The position numbers and the translations under genes were made by a program. From Isurus oxyrinchus (taxonomy: Eukaryota), in contig JANJGN010000038.1 of assembly GCA_026770705.1 (NCBI GenBank), positions 9,548,001 through 9,612,000 on the forward strand: 64,000 bases of DNA, written 5' to 3'. The notes under the pieces are model-generated. The model was not told the DNA's origin. It made no database searches and was given only the letters and a program-made list of their open reading frames with translations. Every line of letters starts with the position of its first letter. Position 1 is the stretch's first letter. This document shows, piece by piece, positions 27,056 to 42,269 of this stretch.

Positions 27056-28166
27056 TTATCCAAGATTGTTTATTTGAGTGAGTGAAAGTTCGATAATTTA
27101 CGTTTGTTGTAAATATGAAGACGACGGTTGGAATCCTGCTGACAGAAGTTTTCACCATTTTTGATTTAAACCAAATTAATAATCAGTTAATTAGAAGGAA
27201 ATCTATCCAAATACGTCCGTATTTTCTGATTTCCATTCATTTGTCAGCATTCAGGGAATTTGCTTTCGGAAATGGAACAAACACTGAGCCAAGTTGGCGA
27301 AATCCTTGCTTTCTGGTCCTGTGTCTCTCCTTAGGCCTCTGTCACTTTCGGTGTATATATCTCTCTGTCTGTTCCTCTGTGACTGTCAATGTGGTTCAGT
27401 TCCCTGAGGGGGTGAAAACATTTTTAATGTTGCAAACTTGATTCACATTAGTTGTGCGAGTTCATCTTAAAATGTCACAGAGAAATGTATCAGCGTCAAA
27501 GCTAAAACAGGAGACTGGCCCTTTCTATATGTATCCTACAACAACAACAACTTATATTTATAAAGCACGTTTAACGTAAGAAACGTCACAAGGCGTTCCC
27601 CAGGAGCATTATATAACAAAGTGTGACACCGAGCCTCATATTCGGTCAGATGACTAAAAGCTCGGGCAAAGGGGGAGGCTTTAAGAACTGTCTTAAAGGA
27701 GGAAAGTATCAATTTCATGTTCCAGCTCACAGCAATGTTTCTTCTCATTGGTGAAGAAGTCACTTGTGTTCAACCTAAACAGACCAATTGGTCGGAGAAA
27801 GTTGTCTCTGGTGAAAGAGATCGGGAATGAAAAAAAATGTCAAAAGCTGCCTCCATAATACAAAAGTCAAGCCTTATTGGTCTTTTCTCTGATGTACAGT
27901 GACTCAGGATTGGCGCTTCCATTGGACCAACAGCGAATTGGGTGGAGGGGTTTGGAAATTGAAAGTTGCGCATGTGCAGCTTGTGGGGCTATTTCACCTC
28001 ACTGTCAATTTCATGCTCCAGCTCACAGATACACTTGTTTTCATTGACTGACGAAGTCATTTGCCTTGAACCGAAACAGGCAGTTTTGAGGTGAAAGAAA
28101 CCTGAGCTGAAAAACAATAGGCAAAAGCAGCGTAGATAAGCCAAATCGAAATACTTTGGCCCAACT

Positions 28167-28231
28167 TCCCTGGTGGTCCAGTGGCCAGGACTCTCACCGC
28201 CGCAGCTCGGGTTCGATTCCCGGTGAGGGAA
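28167..28231 (+). pseudogene. tRNA-Glu(CTC) pseudogene with 7-nt deletion
   Basis: TCCCTGGTGGTCCAGTGGCCAGGA[deletion]CTCTCACCGCCGCAGCTCGGGTTCGATTCCCGGTGAGGGAA. Confidence 0.9.
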
Positions 28232-29415
28232 TGTTGAATTAATGAATTCTTTGGAACGAGTGCTGATCACTCATTGATTGGAAACGTTTAAAAGCTCCAC
28301 CAGAAGCAGCGGAGTGAGAATTTAAGTTTCACCTCAAGAGCTGGAAAACATCACACTTGGTTCAAGTGGAGTGAGAGAATTAAGGAAGAGGAGAGGAGAG
28401 AAGGGCTGGTTGCAAAGCACTGACTATAGAAAGGTTGGTGTGAGGCAAAATATGGGTGGGAGAAGAAAGAATTTTGCTGCCTACTGTTTGCACTGACAAA
28501 AATATCACTCCTGATGGATCAACCAATCACTACTGTTCTTTGAAAGCAGCATGCCCGGCTTAAAGGCCTCTTTTTCTGCTGCGAATTTCTACAATTTTAT
28601 GTTTCGCAACAGCACGGGTCATTCTGCCATTTTATAACCCACTCGAGAGAGATGTACTTTCTTACCTTGTATTTGGCTCTTTTGAAACTGAAACACGGAG
28701 CAAATTCAGTGAGTTTTCTTGTCATTTCCAGCACGAGATTTGTCACGAGACTAAATGAGCGACACATTAATGGTACCAATTCTTCACTGGAGCTCACCGT
28801 GTCCAAAGAGTACTGTTTTCATCAGCCTGTTATGTAACTTCTTGCAGTTCATCTGCTGCACAAATATTAGTTTATCATAGCTCTGCTTTTTTCACTTTGA
28901 AACCCAGTGTGAAAATCAATTTCAAAGCTGAACAACTGGGAGGAGAGTGACTGTGGATAATCGGCACTGTGCACCTTCCTGTAATCAGTATCTGGGAGAA
29001 TCGGGAAGATGAGATCCAGGTGTCTCCTTACTCACGAGTTTTACCCATTCCCACGAACAGACTGTGTCTGCATCAAGCAGCTAATTGACCTGGGGGCTGG
29101 ACGGTCAGAGGAAGCTGGAGGCGAGGCAGGGACAGAAGCAGAAAGAGATGCGACATGAAATTACTTTCAATTTGAGGTGTCAGTTGCTTTCAGTGGTGAA
29201 TTTCTGCCTTGTAAGTTTCACAGGAGCTGCAGTGATTAGTTGGTGTTTTTTTAAGCAGCAAGATTTAAAAGTAAAAAGATAAAAACAAATAACTGCGAAT
29301 GATGGAAATCTGAAACAAACACAGAAAATTCTGGAAAAACTCATCAGCTGGAGGGAGAAACAAGGTCAATGCTTCCAGTCCATACGGCTCTTATTCAGAT
29401 TTTTATTCAATGACA

Positions 29416-29471
29416 GCGCCCATGACCCTGACATTAAGAGTCTCATGATCAACAGTGTGAGCTAGCCAGGC
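29416..29471 (-). pseudogene. tRNA-Lys(CTT) pseudogene, T arm deleted
   Basis: ATTAAGAGTCTCATG...GAGCTAGCCAGGC on the plus strand. Confidence 0.7.
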
Positions 29472-30448
29472 ATGTGAAAAAGCTGTTTCGTCTCCTAACA
29501 TACATCGATAAACCTATTGCTTTCCATCTGATACCTCAGCTTCATCGGAATTTTAAAGTGTGGAACGTAATTGGCTGACAAATGCCCCAAAGCTGCAATT
29601 CATTCCTCTCAATCATCAATAACATCATTCACATCTTCCACTTCTTAGCTGCACCTCCTTCCAAATACTGTGATCCATTTTGCTCAGGATTTTCTCCTGC
29701 ATTTAATGTTTAGCTGCTTTGTGCCCTCATTTTGAAATTAGATTCACTTCAATATCCAACACAATTTGAATTACAAACCTGACGGTCAAACAATGGAAAA
29801 CAAGTCACTCAGTAACAAAAATCCCATGGTGCTCATTTTCAGATTCACAACAGCTTTTCAATAAAATGAAGGAATTTTACAGTGAAAACATTTAGAAAGT
29901 TGGTGTGACTTTTATTTGTGACTCAATCACTCGGGAATTCTGTAAATGCTGCTCGGAGGTTTAGTGACCGAGATATAATCTACCTGTGTTTTCCTGAGCC
30001 TGTGCTCGGTGTATTGGAAGGTTTGGCCTGGGTTGGAGTATCTTGTGTCCCAGGGATGGGCAGTGACCCGCTGACTGAAGCTGCAGTCGCTGCTTTCTGC
30101 GGGCAGCGGGTGATTGGAGAGTGCGGGGCTGGAATATTGCTGCTTTGCTGCTTTTCCCTGTCTCACTCACTGTGGAAATGAGGAAGAGAGAATAATTGAA
30201 GGGTTCGTTTGATTCTAATAATTTCTTGGATTTCCAATAGTTTAGATGAAGGTACATAGTAAGTCCAAATCTTTTCTCATTGTATTTGACAGAAAACGTA
30301 ATTTTAAAAAGAAGCTGTTTCTGTGGGAGCTCCCTGGACAACAAAAGACCTGCCATTGTTTTTGGGGAAGATATCTTGCAGCCCAAGTACCCAATGACAA
30401 TCCGGAATCGTGTGACAATGATTGGTGATGAGTGGGAAAAACCTTAAC

Positions 30449-30521
30449 CCCCCCTGGGTGGCCTTGAATAACCAACTTTTCAGTTAACAGGCAAATCTGC
30501 TGACCAATAGCGCCACAGACT
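30449..30521 (-). pseudogene. tRNA-Asn(GTT) pseudogene
   Basis: CCCTGGGTGG...GTTAACAG...CCAATAGCGCCACAGA; same flanks as the 3840 and 14877 copies. Confidence 0.8.
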
Positions 30522-31209
30522 CTTACACAAACCTAACTGACAAGGTATCCCAACCAGGGTGTCAGTGAGTCCAATCTACAGGGTACCACTACACAGATGG
30601 TTATCGTGCTCTATCAATTTTACTCTTCCAAAATAAAGGGTGAGATATTCATTGTGGATATGTTGAAACAGTCTGATCCCACCCACTGCAGACACATCCA
30701 TGTCATCAGGATCCAGCTCTCCTACAACTGGAGTGCCTCCCTTCGAGCATTTCGCTGTCTTGTCTGTTACCAAGTATTCTCATTGTCCTAAAGCCGATAT
30801 TAGGTTAGAATTCCTGATGCGCAGTAACGAGAATCCTTTCACTATCTCAGGTCAGTTAATTTCACTGATAACATCAGAGTCACTGTATCAGCATCTTAAA
30901 GAAGGGAAAGGTGCCTTGACTCTCTCTGGTCAGTCGGGCAGTTCACCCTTCATTCGCATTGGATTCCATTCCTCAAAGGGGATTTTCATTTCTTTTTTGA
31001 GTTCCCTTACCACATCTGGCAACATCTTTGGATTGAGAGGCTTGATTTTCATTTCAGATGCAACACAGTTCTGATGAAAGGTTGCAGACCTGAAATGAAA
31101 ACCATGTCTCTCTCTCCACAGTCACTCCCAGATCTGCTGAGAATTCCAGTATTTTCTCTTTTTGTTTCAGATAATCAGCATCTGCAGTATTTAGCTTTAC
31201 TTTAACTGA

Positions 31210-31580
31210 TCAGTGAAACATACAAGATCCTCAGTCTACTTGACAGGGTGGATTTGGAGAGGATGTTACCTCTTGTGAGAGAATCTAGAGCTCGGGATCG
31301 CTGTTTAAAAATAAGGGATCACCCACTTAAAATGGAGATGAAGCTTTTTTTTTTCAGAGTGCCGTGAAACTTTGGAATTTTGTTCCTGAGAAAGGTTGTG
31401 GAAGCAAAGTCTTTGAATATTTGTAAGGCCATGGTGGACATATTCTTGGTAATCAAGGGGGTGATAGGTTATCAGAGATAGGTGGGGTACAGATTTCAGG
31501 TTACAATGAGGTCAGCCATGATCTTATTAAATGGCAGAGCAGGCTTGAGGGGCCGAATGGCCTATTCCTGCTCCTTTTTT
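31210..31580 (+). mobile_element. CR1 LINE 3' end
   Basis: AGCCATGATCTTATTAAATGGCAGAGCAGGCTTGAGGGGCCGAATGGCCTA tail. Confidence 0.8.
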
Positions 31581-32159
31581 TATGTATTTCTAAGAATGTG
31601 GAACCCATTACCAGTAGGTTTCGAGATCCATGTCTGAGCTGAAAATGTATAGTTAAACTCACACTGTCAACTGATTGTTCACCAGCTAAAATTGGAAAGG
31701 GATTTACTCTCATCCCCTTACTGACACAGCAACCCAGTCTTGCTGTTGGGAGGCCATTCAGGTACTTCACGTGTGCAAAGGGCTTTATTCAGTTTGCCCA
31801 CACTCCAACTTCAAAATTTCAAAAGATTGGATCCACAATCAGAGCAGAGATACTGGCAAGACACAGTATAAATGTTCCATGTAAAGGGGAAAAAGTTACC
31901 AGCTCAATCCATCTGCTGAGACTCCACTGAGTTAAGATCTAAGTGTCAGGGTTTGTTCTGCATCCAGGAGAGAATTGTGGTGGAGCCAGGAGCAATTTGG
32001 CTGCTGCATCAATTGTTTCAACTATTTTATGTCTTGCCCCTATGGCCCCCATCGTATTCTGATTACAGAGCATAGGTTTCTGTTCTACAATATTATATTT
32101 CAATGGTGGAGTACTCACCCAGCATTCGCTGCAGGGCAGAATGTGTCCCATCATCACGA

Positions 32160-32520
32160 CAGCAGCGCCTCACGCATGCGCCCTTCTGAGTGTGGTGGGG
32201 CATGCGCATTGCCGTCTGCTTCATGAGCATGCGCAGCGCTGGTCTGTGACTCAAGCTGCTCAGAGAGTGAGAGAATGTCGAGTGGAGCAAACTAACAGAG
32301 TTAGTGTGTGTGTGAGGAGGAATGGAGCCAGCGGAGTGGGCAGGGAGGTTTCATTAACACACAGTGCAGGCCGCAGACCCCAAATAACAAGGTACCGGTC
32401 TTTTGTTTGCAGAGAAATGGCCAAAAAATCTGCCTTTCTCCCTTCGCCAAGCCCTGGGTAACGGCCGCCATCTTTATAGGGGGCAATGTGCAGCAGGGCG
32501 CATGCGCGGTCATCCTGGTC
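32160..32520 (+). promoter_or_regulatory. ZNF-gene promoter-like region with NRF1-like and YY1 motifs
   Basis: Several CGCATGCGC/CATGCGCA motifs and GCCGCCATCTT; followed by ZNF 5' exon-like sequence. Confidence 0.55.
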
Positions 32521-33184
32521 CAGCTGGCAGGAGGAGAGAATGTTGTGAATTTCTATCCTGGACTGACAGGGATGGATTTTGGAAACTCCTTATACAGGGG
32601 GTTAGAAGGGGAGGATTTACACACAGCAAACTCAAAACAAAAGTTCTTCCTTTCTGAATTTCAATCCTGGATTGACTGATGGATTTTTTGAATTCCATTT
32701 ACAGGATGTTAGAAGAGGAGGGGAAACTCAAGGGATACTTGAGGGAGATGAAAAACTAAAACCAAACATCATGTCAAAATTTGAAAGTCACTGGATTCAC
32801 CAGGACCTGAATAACACCAGCCTTCAAATGTAAGCATTGAGTTCCAGGTCTTTTTCAGTTACTGGGTTAAAAAATCTCTGCCTCACATTGTGGATCTTAC
32901 CTAAAATCTTAAATCTCTGTCCCTTAATCCTTTCGTAATCAGCTAATGGGAACAGCTTTTATTTAACTACCTTTCATAATCCTGTACACCTCTATCAAAT
33001 CTCCCCTCAAGTTCCTTTACTCCAAGGAGAACAACCTCGGTTTCTCAAACCTAATCTTATAATTAAAACACCTCATCGAACTATTCTGGTCAATCTCCTT
33101 TGCCCCCTCTCAAGGACCCTCACATCCTTCACAATATGTGGTGATCACGGGTTTGCACAGACCCAAATGTTCTGTGTTTGTGTC

Positions 33185-33290
33185 TGTGACAACTTCACAC
33201 ATCGACAATTACACTGTGACATCATCACACATCAACAATTACACTGTGACATCATCACACATTGACAATTACACAGTGACATCATCCTCA
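33185..33290. repeat. 30-bp tandem repeat, about 3.5 copies
   Basis: Unit TGTGACATCATCACACATCGACAATTACAC. Confidence 0.9.
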
Positions 33291-34029
33291 ACTGAGAGAT
33301 TTTTCTCTGACTCCAGCGTTTCTGATATCTTTCCAGCTGCAGGATCCAGCAGGAGAATTTAAATTTGAAAATGGTGAAGTTGTTTCAGAGGTGAGTATTT
33401 TTCATCATCCATCTACAATTTAGAGCTTTTAGTGCTGTGCTCTGTATTCTGGAGAGGTTCCATATCTCGGGCTGGTGTGGCTCCTTTACTGAGGATCTGA
33501 ATCCATGTCCATCCATTGATCTGTTTCACCTCTGCCCTCCCTGATCACCTCTCTGCCAATGTCTAACATCCTCTGTCTCTAATATTGGATGTATTTGAGT
33601 TATGTTTTGTATTTTATTGTTACTTCTGCCAACTGTGTCTAAATGATGTTTCCACTGCTGCCCATCTCCTGACCATGAGCTGCTGCCTTACCAGCTTTAT
33701 CTTCCCACAGTATCTTTCACAGTCAGGAATTGTTTGTCCTGCACTATAGTCCATTTCTCTTCCACTTCTGAAGTTATATTGATCATCAAATTCTGCAGCA
33801 TTTTACTCCCTGTAATTCATTCTGCACACCCTGAAATATTAACTCTGCTTCCCTCTCCACAGGTACCAGCGCCTATTGTGACCCTTAGTTACCTGTGGAG
33901 AAGATGATGTTTGACCTTCTTGAACCGCTGCAGTCCGTGTGGTGAAGGTGCTCCCACAACGCTGTTAAGTAAGGAGTTATAGGTTATTCACCAGGCGATG
34001 ATGAAGGAACAGTGATATTTGTCCAAATC

Positions 34030-34660
34030 AACAACAGCAATTTGTATTTATATCGCACTTTTAATGTAAGACCATGTTCCAAGGCATTTCATGGAAACAT
34101 TACAAAGCAAGGTTTGACACATGAGGCAATATTAGGGCAGGTGACCAATCGTTTGGTCAAAGAAGTGGGTTTTATGGAGTATCTTAAAGGAGGAAAATGA
34201 GGTAGAGAATGGGAGAGGTTTAGGGAGTGAATTCCAGAGCTTGGAGCTTTGGAAAGTGACAGAATTGGCACTAATGTGGAACAATAGAAATCAGGAATGC
34301 TCAGTAGGCCAAATTAGAGGAGAGCAGATATCTCCGAGGGCTGTGATGCTGGAGGAGATTCCAGCAACAGGGAGCAGCCATACAGGAATTTGAAAATCAG
34401 GGGTGGAGTCAAACGATGTTACTGAGATGGAAATAGATGGTCTTGGAGATGATGCGGATATGTGGTTGGAAGCTCATCTTGGGGTGAAATATTTCACCAT
34501 GACTGTGAACAGTCTGGTTCAGTCTCAGTTGTTGTCAGGGAGAGGGATGGAGTCGGTGGCTATGGAGTGGAGTTTGTAGCGGGGATTGAAGACAATGGCT
34601 TCAATCTTCCCAATATTGAAATAGAGGAAATTTCTGTTCATCCAGTACTGGATGTCAGAC
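34030..34660 (-). mobile_element. L2-type LINE 3' fragment
   Basis: CAACAACAGCAATTTGTATTTATATCGCAC tail and downstream RT-derived sequence on the minus strand. Confidence 0.7.
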
Positions 34661-35422
34661 AAGTCAGGACGGTGTGTGACTTGGAGGTGATGGTGTTCAC
34701 ATACACCTGCTACCCTGGTCCTTCTTGGGGGTAGAGTTTGAAGGTTTGGGAGATTCTGTCAAAGTTCTGGTTTATTTGTAGGTCTATGAAAAGCCCTCTC
34801 CTCACCCCCTGCCTCTCCCACTCCTCTCTCTGACTTTCTCTCTCTCTCCTTTTCTCCTTCTGTCACATAGAATTCTCCAGCCCAGCAGGTTGTGGATGCT
34901 CCATCATTGAATATATTTCAGGCAGAGATGGGGAGATTTTTGGTCTCTCAGAGAGTCGAGGGATATGGGGAGTGGGCAGGGAAGTGGAGTTGGAAGTCCA
35001 AGAGAAGCCACAATCATATTGAATGATGGAGCAGGCTCGAAGGGCCATGTGGTCTCCTGCTGCCCCTGACACTTGCTTTATTATTGACACCAGAGTCTTG
35101 TGTAGGCCCAGACTGGGTGGCAGGTTCCCTTCCCTGAAGGACATTAGTGACCCAGTTGGGTTTTTATGACAATCCAGCAGTTTTCATGGTCACTTTTTCC
35201 TAATGCCGGTCCCACAAATTCCCAGATTCATTCAGCTCAATTTCCCAACCTGCCTTGGTGTTTTTGTGGGTTCTCTCTCACTCCCTTTTTCTGTTTTAAA
35301 TCAATTTCACAGGGTGTTAGAAAGTGAGGATTTGCAGTCGGGAAACTCAATCCAAACATCACATCAGGATCTGATGGGAGTCGCCCAATTTATAGTAACC
35401 TGAATATCATTGGATTTTGAAC

Positions 35423-36208
35423 ATAGAAGGAAAAAGCACCGTTCACAGTGGGGAGAAACCATACATGTGTTCTGTGTGTGGACGAGGCTTCAGCCAATCA
35501 TCTGACCTGTCAAAACATAAATGCAGAGATAACAGGGAGAAACTGTGGAAATGTGGGGACCGTGGTAAGGGATTCAATTAACCGTCTGAACTGGAAACTC
35601 CTCAGCACAGTCACACCTGAGACAGACCATTCACCTGCTCCATGTGTGGGAAAAGGTTCACTTGTTTATCCCATCTGCTGACAAACCAGAGGGTTCACAC
35701 TGGGGAGAAACCATTTACCTGCTCCGTGTGTGGGAAGGGATTCACTCAGCCATTCAACTTGCTGACACATGAATGACTTCACACTGTGGAGAGACCGTTC
35801 ACCTGCTCCACGTGTGGGAAAGGATTCACTCAGACATCTGACCTGCTGACACACCAGCGACTTCACACTGGGGAGAGACCATTCAACTGCTCAGACTGTG
35901 GGAAGTGCTATAAAAGCTCCGGGGAACTGATGTCCCATCGACGTGTTCACAGTGACGAGAGACTGTTCAGGTGCTCTCACTGCGGGACTGGGTTCAGGTG
36001 GTCATCTCAACTCACAGTACACCAGCGGGTTCACAGCGGAGAGAGACTGTTCACCTGCCCCGCGTGTGGGAAGGGATTCACTCAGTTACACAACCTGTTG
36101 ACACACCAGCGAGTTCACACCGGAGAGAGACCATTCACCTGCTCCGAGTGTGAGAAGGGACTTACTCAGTTATCCCACCTGCTGAGACACCAGCAAATTC
36201 ACAAGTGA
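35423..36208 (+). pseudogene. C2H2 zinc-finger gene (about 9 fingers), disrupted
   Basis: HTGERPF-C-x2-C repeats; the start reads ATA where the paralogue has ATG; frameshift near 35582 and in-frame TGA near 35774; AATAAA downstream. Confidence 0.85.
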
Positions 36209-36364
36209 CAACAGTGACTGGATTTTGCTGTTAATTGCATCCTGGACTGAACCATGTTGATTGGGATCTGTTTCTACTAATGTTAATAAACTCCAACCCA
36301 GTTATAGCTGTTAATATTCTGAATAAAGTCAAATAAATCAGCTCTGTGTTAAACATACAAATTA

Positions 36365-37500
36365 GTTCCTTTTGAAGGTCTCTCCCTCTCCCCTCTCTCC
36401 TCCACCCTCACCTCCAACAACAAGTGTGAGGAGCTCATGGATCTTCTTTGTCACTAAGATTGAGACAATCCGATCAGCTGCCTCTGCTGCTTCCCTCCCT
36501 TCCACTAACCCACCCGGCCAAACTGTCTCTAAAGATCCCTCTTGTCTGAGCCCTGAACCCACATCTTTCTTTAGTTTCGCTCCCATCTCCTCTCATGCCC
36601 TCTCAGTGCTCATCTTGTCCATGAGACCCACCTCCTGCTCCATTGACCCTATTCCCACTAAACTGCTGGTCACCCAACTTGCCCATTTTCACTGAGATTG
36701 TTAATGGTTCTCTCTCTTCAGTTACTGTCCCTCTCTCCCTCAAATCTGACATCATCAAGCCCTCGTCAATAAACAAACCTTTGGCCTTGTCCTTGCAAAC
36801 TGCTATCCCATCTCCGACCTTCCTTTCCTCTCCAAACTCCTCAAACATATTCACACCTCCCAAATCCATGCCCATGTTTCCCAGAACTCCCTGTTTGAAT
36901 CCCTCCAATCAGGTTTCTGCCCTTGCCACTGGACTGAAACAGCTCTGATCAAAGCGCCAATGATATCCTATGTGACAGTGACAAAGGGAAACTATCCCTT
37001 CTCAACCTGTCTGCAGCCTTTGACAAGGATGACCACACCATTCTGCTCCAACGCCTCTCTACTGTCATCCAGCTGGGTGGGGCTGCTCTCTACTGGTTCC
37101 ATTCTTCTCTATCGAATCATAGCTAGAGAATTACTTGTAATCTTCCCTTCCCACTCCCACAGTTACCTCTGATGTCCCCGCAGGATCCAGCCTTGGCCTC
37201 TTCATCAACATTCTCCCCACAACGACATCATCTGAAAACACAGTGTCAGTTATCACGTGTACACTGTCAGTGCCCAGCTCTACCTCACCACCACCTCTGT
37301 CCACTTCTCCACTTTTATTAAATTATCAGACTGTTTGTCTGTTATTCAATGGTGGATGTGCAGAAATTTCCTCCAATTCAATATTGGGAAGACCAAAGCC
37401 ATTGTTTTCATTCCCTAGATACCAACTCGATTCCTCCCACTGGCAACTGTCTGAGACTAAACCAGACTTTTTGCGCAAGTGATGTCAGGTTTGACCCCGA
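36365..37500 (+). mobile_element. L2 LINE RT fragment
   Basis: FFVTKIETIRS, PTSCSIDPIPTKLL and LSAAFD-like motifs with frameshifts. Confidence 0.85.
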
Positions 37501-38117
37501 CATACGTTCCGACTCGGGTGTATGTGTTCTGGTGAGTTTCCAGTCAAATTATGATGTGAATCTTTCCCACAGACAGAACAGACAAACATTTCTCCTTCCA
37601 TAATCAAAGGCTGGTCATTTATGAATTCAGTGATTCTATAACATCTTGTCGAGATTTTTGGTTTGAGTTTCCCCATCTGAAATGCTCTCCCTCTAATCCC
37701 CTGTAAACACAGTTGACAAAAGTCATCACTGTCAGTACAGGATAGAAACTCAGAACAGACTATTCTAGTTTCTATGGAACATTCTTTCTCCTTTCATTCC
37801 CCCAAATCTATAAATCCCTGCCCACACACTCCTCCCCCCCTCTGCTCATTGTTCCAGATTCAGTGCCCAGTCACCTACTAATTCTTTTCCCCTCTCCAAA
37901 TTCTCTCTCTTCCTGTCCTTAAAGTGGTGGCTCAGTCTGTGAGTCAATCCCACTCCTTCACTCTAATTCTACCAAATAATTCAGTTCAAAACAACAAATT
38001 GTCTTTAATTTCTTGATTCGTCATATAGATATTTGGAAAGAATCAGCTTTTTCCCAACTGTGGAGAACAGAAGGTGCAGTGATTAATTCAGAGCTTCCTT
38101 CTCCCCAGGTCTGTTCC

Positions 38118-38340
38118 AACAAGCTGTGTCTATACGAGTTACATTAATACAGACTCACTCACTCAGTGAGTGATCAGGTCTCACTGAACTATGACACAAG
38201 CTGTGTCTATCTGAGTTACATTGATACAAACTCACTCACTCAGTAAGTGATCAGGTCTCAATGAACTATGACACAAGCTGTGTCTATGTGAGTTACATTG
38301 ATACAGACTCAATAAGTGATCAGTTCTGACTGAATTACAT
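38118..38340. repeat. Tandem repeat of about 76 bp, about 3 copies
   Basis: ACAAGCTGTGTCTAT...GAGTTACATTGATACAGACTCA...GTGATCAGGTCTCA repeated. Confidence 0.9.
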
Positions 38341-39324
38341 CAACAAATGCAACAACTTACATTTATATTGAGCTTCTCATTGTCCCAAGAAGTTTCACAG
38401 GGGCAGAAGGACATATTAGGTCAGATGACCAAATGCTTGGTCAAGGAGGTCGGTTATAAGGAGTGTCTGAAAGGGGGAGAGTGAATTAGAAAGGTGGAGA
38501 GTTTTAGGGAGGAAATTCCAGAGCTGAGGGCCCAAGCAGCTGAAGGCCCGGCCGCCAATGGTGGAGTGATTAAAATCAGGGATGAAGGTAATGGTGCTCC
38601 ATGTATGTGGGCCCCATAGCCCAGGCTCACGGCCCAATTCTGAACTTTGGGACATCGTTTGACTGTCCCGGGTCTCAGAGAAAAACAATTCCCCAAATAA
38701 ACATCTTGTAGGATTTTGGTTTATTGATACCATAAAAAGTTTGGACCAGTTGAGTCCTCCTGTGTACTCGATGGGGATTGACTTTAACATAATTAAAATT
38801 GTCTGTATTTCAGTGTCAGAACAAGAACATGTTTTAGCAAAGCTAAAAAGTATATAAATACTGAAAAACTGAACAGAACAAACCTGGGGAAATACACAGC
38901 AGGTCAATCACCATTAGAAAGTAATTAGTTAATAGTCACTGTTTCAGGTGGGACTCCTTCAGAATGAACACTTCCCACCACCAGCACCAACCCCCCTCCC
39001 CCATCCCCCTCCCTGTGAACTGAACATTCCTCCACCCACTTATCCACCCATTGCACATCCACCCAATGGCTCCCAGCCTGGATTGACATTCAGCATGAAC
39101 CCGGTGAGAGGGTGAGCTGGCCCACGGGATGTCAGAATGGACAAGAGCTGGAAGTGGTCCCAATCAATACATTTTCTGTGTCCTTGTTAAAAACAGGAAA
39201 CTTAATATTTTGTCAAACCCCCATGTGCGCACCCTTGGTGATTTATAATTTCTCACCCAGTCCTTTCCTCTGGTTTCAACATGGTGCATCCTGTGTGGGT
39301 TCAGCAGAGGTAGAGGCAGGCTGC

Positions 39325-39715
39325 TCAGGAGATGGGGCAGAGTGTCAGGAGATGGGGCATAGTGTCGGGAGATGGGGCATAGTGTCGGGAGATGGGGGCA
39401 GAGTGTCGGGAGATGGGGGCAGAGTGTCGGGAGATGGGGACAGAGTGTCGGAAGATGGGTGCAGGGTGTCATAAGACCATAAGACATAGGAGCAGAAATT
39501 AGGCCATTCAGCCCGTTGAGTCTGCCCCGCCGTTCAATTATGGCTTATAAGTTTCTCAATCCTATTTTGCCGCCTTCTGCCCGTAACCTTTGATCCCTTT
39601 ACCAATCAAGAACCTATCTATCTTGGTCTTAAATACACTCAATGAGCTGGCCTCCACCGTCTTCTGTGGCAATGAATTCCATATTGGGAGATGGGGCAGA
39701 GTGTCGGGAGATGGG
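39325..39715. repeat. 20-bp G-rich minisatellite split by a CR1 3'-end insertion
   Basis: GGGGCAGAGTGTCGGGAGAT about 7 times, then a CR1 tail at 39470-39685, then the unit resumes. Confidence 0.85.
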
Positions 39716-40599
39716 ATATAAAATGGACATGTTTCTCATCTTCATTATCCACAACACTATTCCTGATGTCCATGAGCTGCCTCACTTTCTTTCCCATTAA
39801 TTCCATTTGCTGATCTATCAGTAATGGACTTGCCGCCATCTTGAATAAAACTGTTTTCACCACTGAGGCTCCGCTGGTATTTAATAGTCATCATGACATC
39901 ATCGCACTGGGACTGGATGACATCATAAGAGTCCATTGTTTCTTAATGATCCACATCAATAACAAGAGGAAATATTAATAAACGTGAGCACATTATCTAG
40001 GCTGACACTCCAGGGTGACATTGAGGGACTGCTGCACTGTCAGAGACAGCATCCTTCAGATGGAACTTGTGGAGGCTCTGGTCACAATCTTCCAATCCTC
40101 CTTATATAGTAGTGGTGTCAAAGGACTGACAGATTGTAAATTTTACACCCCTGTTCAAAAACACAGCAATTCCAGGACAATCAGCTTCACATCAGTGGTG
40201 GGGAAAGGCTGGAGACAATGATCTGGGAGAAAATCAATTGACACTTGGAAAAGTATCAGTTATTTCCAGCATTTTCTGTTTTTAATACTGATACTTCCCT
40301 GGATCCTAAGGCTCTCTGGGAGGTTTGGGGAGTTGGGACTTATCCATGAGAGTAACTAAAGGTCTGAGAACTGAAAGAATCAAGGGTTAGAAAGGAGAAA
40401 AGAACCAAAAATGGAGCAGTTGGGAAAAGGACATCGATTCGTCTCCTCTTATCCTGGAGAAATCAAGGACTCGACATCCTGAGAGTTTGAAACAAAGCTG
40501 ATTTATTTAACAGACATCAAGACATTAAACTTCAGCCCAGTTACAGGGATTATTAACATCAATAGAAACAAACCACAACTATCAGAATGAACATGGTTC

Positions 40600-41660
<1,061 letters not shown>

Positions 41661-42269
41661 AAATTGATGATATTCAGGTCCTGATGAATCGAGTGACTCT
41701 GTCAGATCTTGATGTGATGTTTGGTTTGAGTTTCCTGCCTGAAAATCCTCCCCTTCTAATTCTCTGTAAAAGAAGTTTACAAGAGCCATCACTGTAAGAA
41801 CAGGATAGAAATTCAGAACAGACAATTCTAGTTTCTACGGAACAGTTTTTCCTCTCTTGTTCCCTGAAAGCTGCAAATCCCTGTCCCACACACTCTCCCT
41901 CCTCCCTGTGCTGAAATCCAAACAGAGTTTTGGACAATTCCTTCTGTATCTTTTTAACAAATTTCTACAATTGGAGGTGACAATATGTCTGATCATTCAC
42001 TTCAGTGATTACTCGTAACAAAACATTAATCTGAAACCCGCTGTCCGACCAGGCAGAATAGCAGATGTTAACCTTGTGTCCAAAACTTACTGTGTGGAGA
42101 TTTAATGAGTGATTGTGTAGGTGGTTTCTTCAAACCTCCCAGGGTTTCTTTCCTTCTCTCCCTCTCTAACTGAGTTAAACCTGGGATCAGTCTCATGGCC
42201 CATTCTGGTTCCTGTTTCTCTTCCTGATGACGAATTAACTCCAATCAAACACTGAGAAGACTGAAAGAC

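Noticed and set aside
50-31100. Numerous 60-170 aa ORFs recurring in similar form
   Set aside because: They recur because the tRNA flanks are duplicated; frames are generally not preserved and no domains are recognised
33185-39470. Short direct repeats considered as CRISPR-like arrays
   Set aside because: Head-to-tail minisatellites with no unique spacers, in eukaryotic DNA
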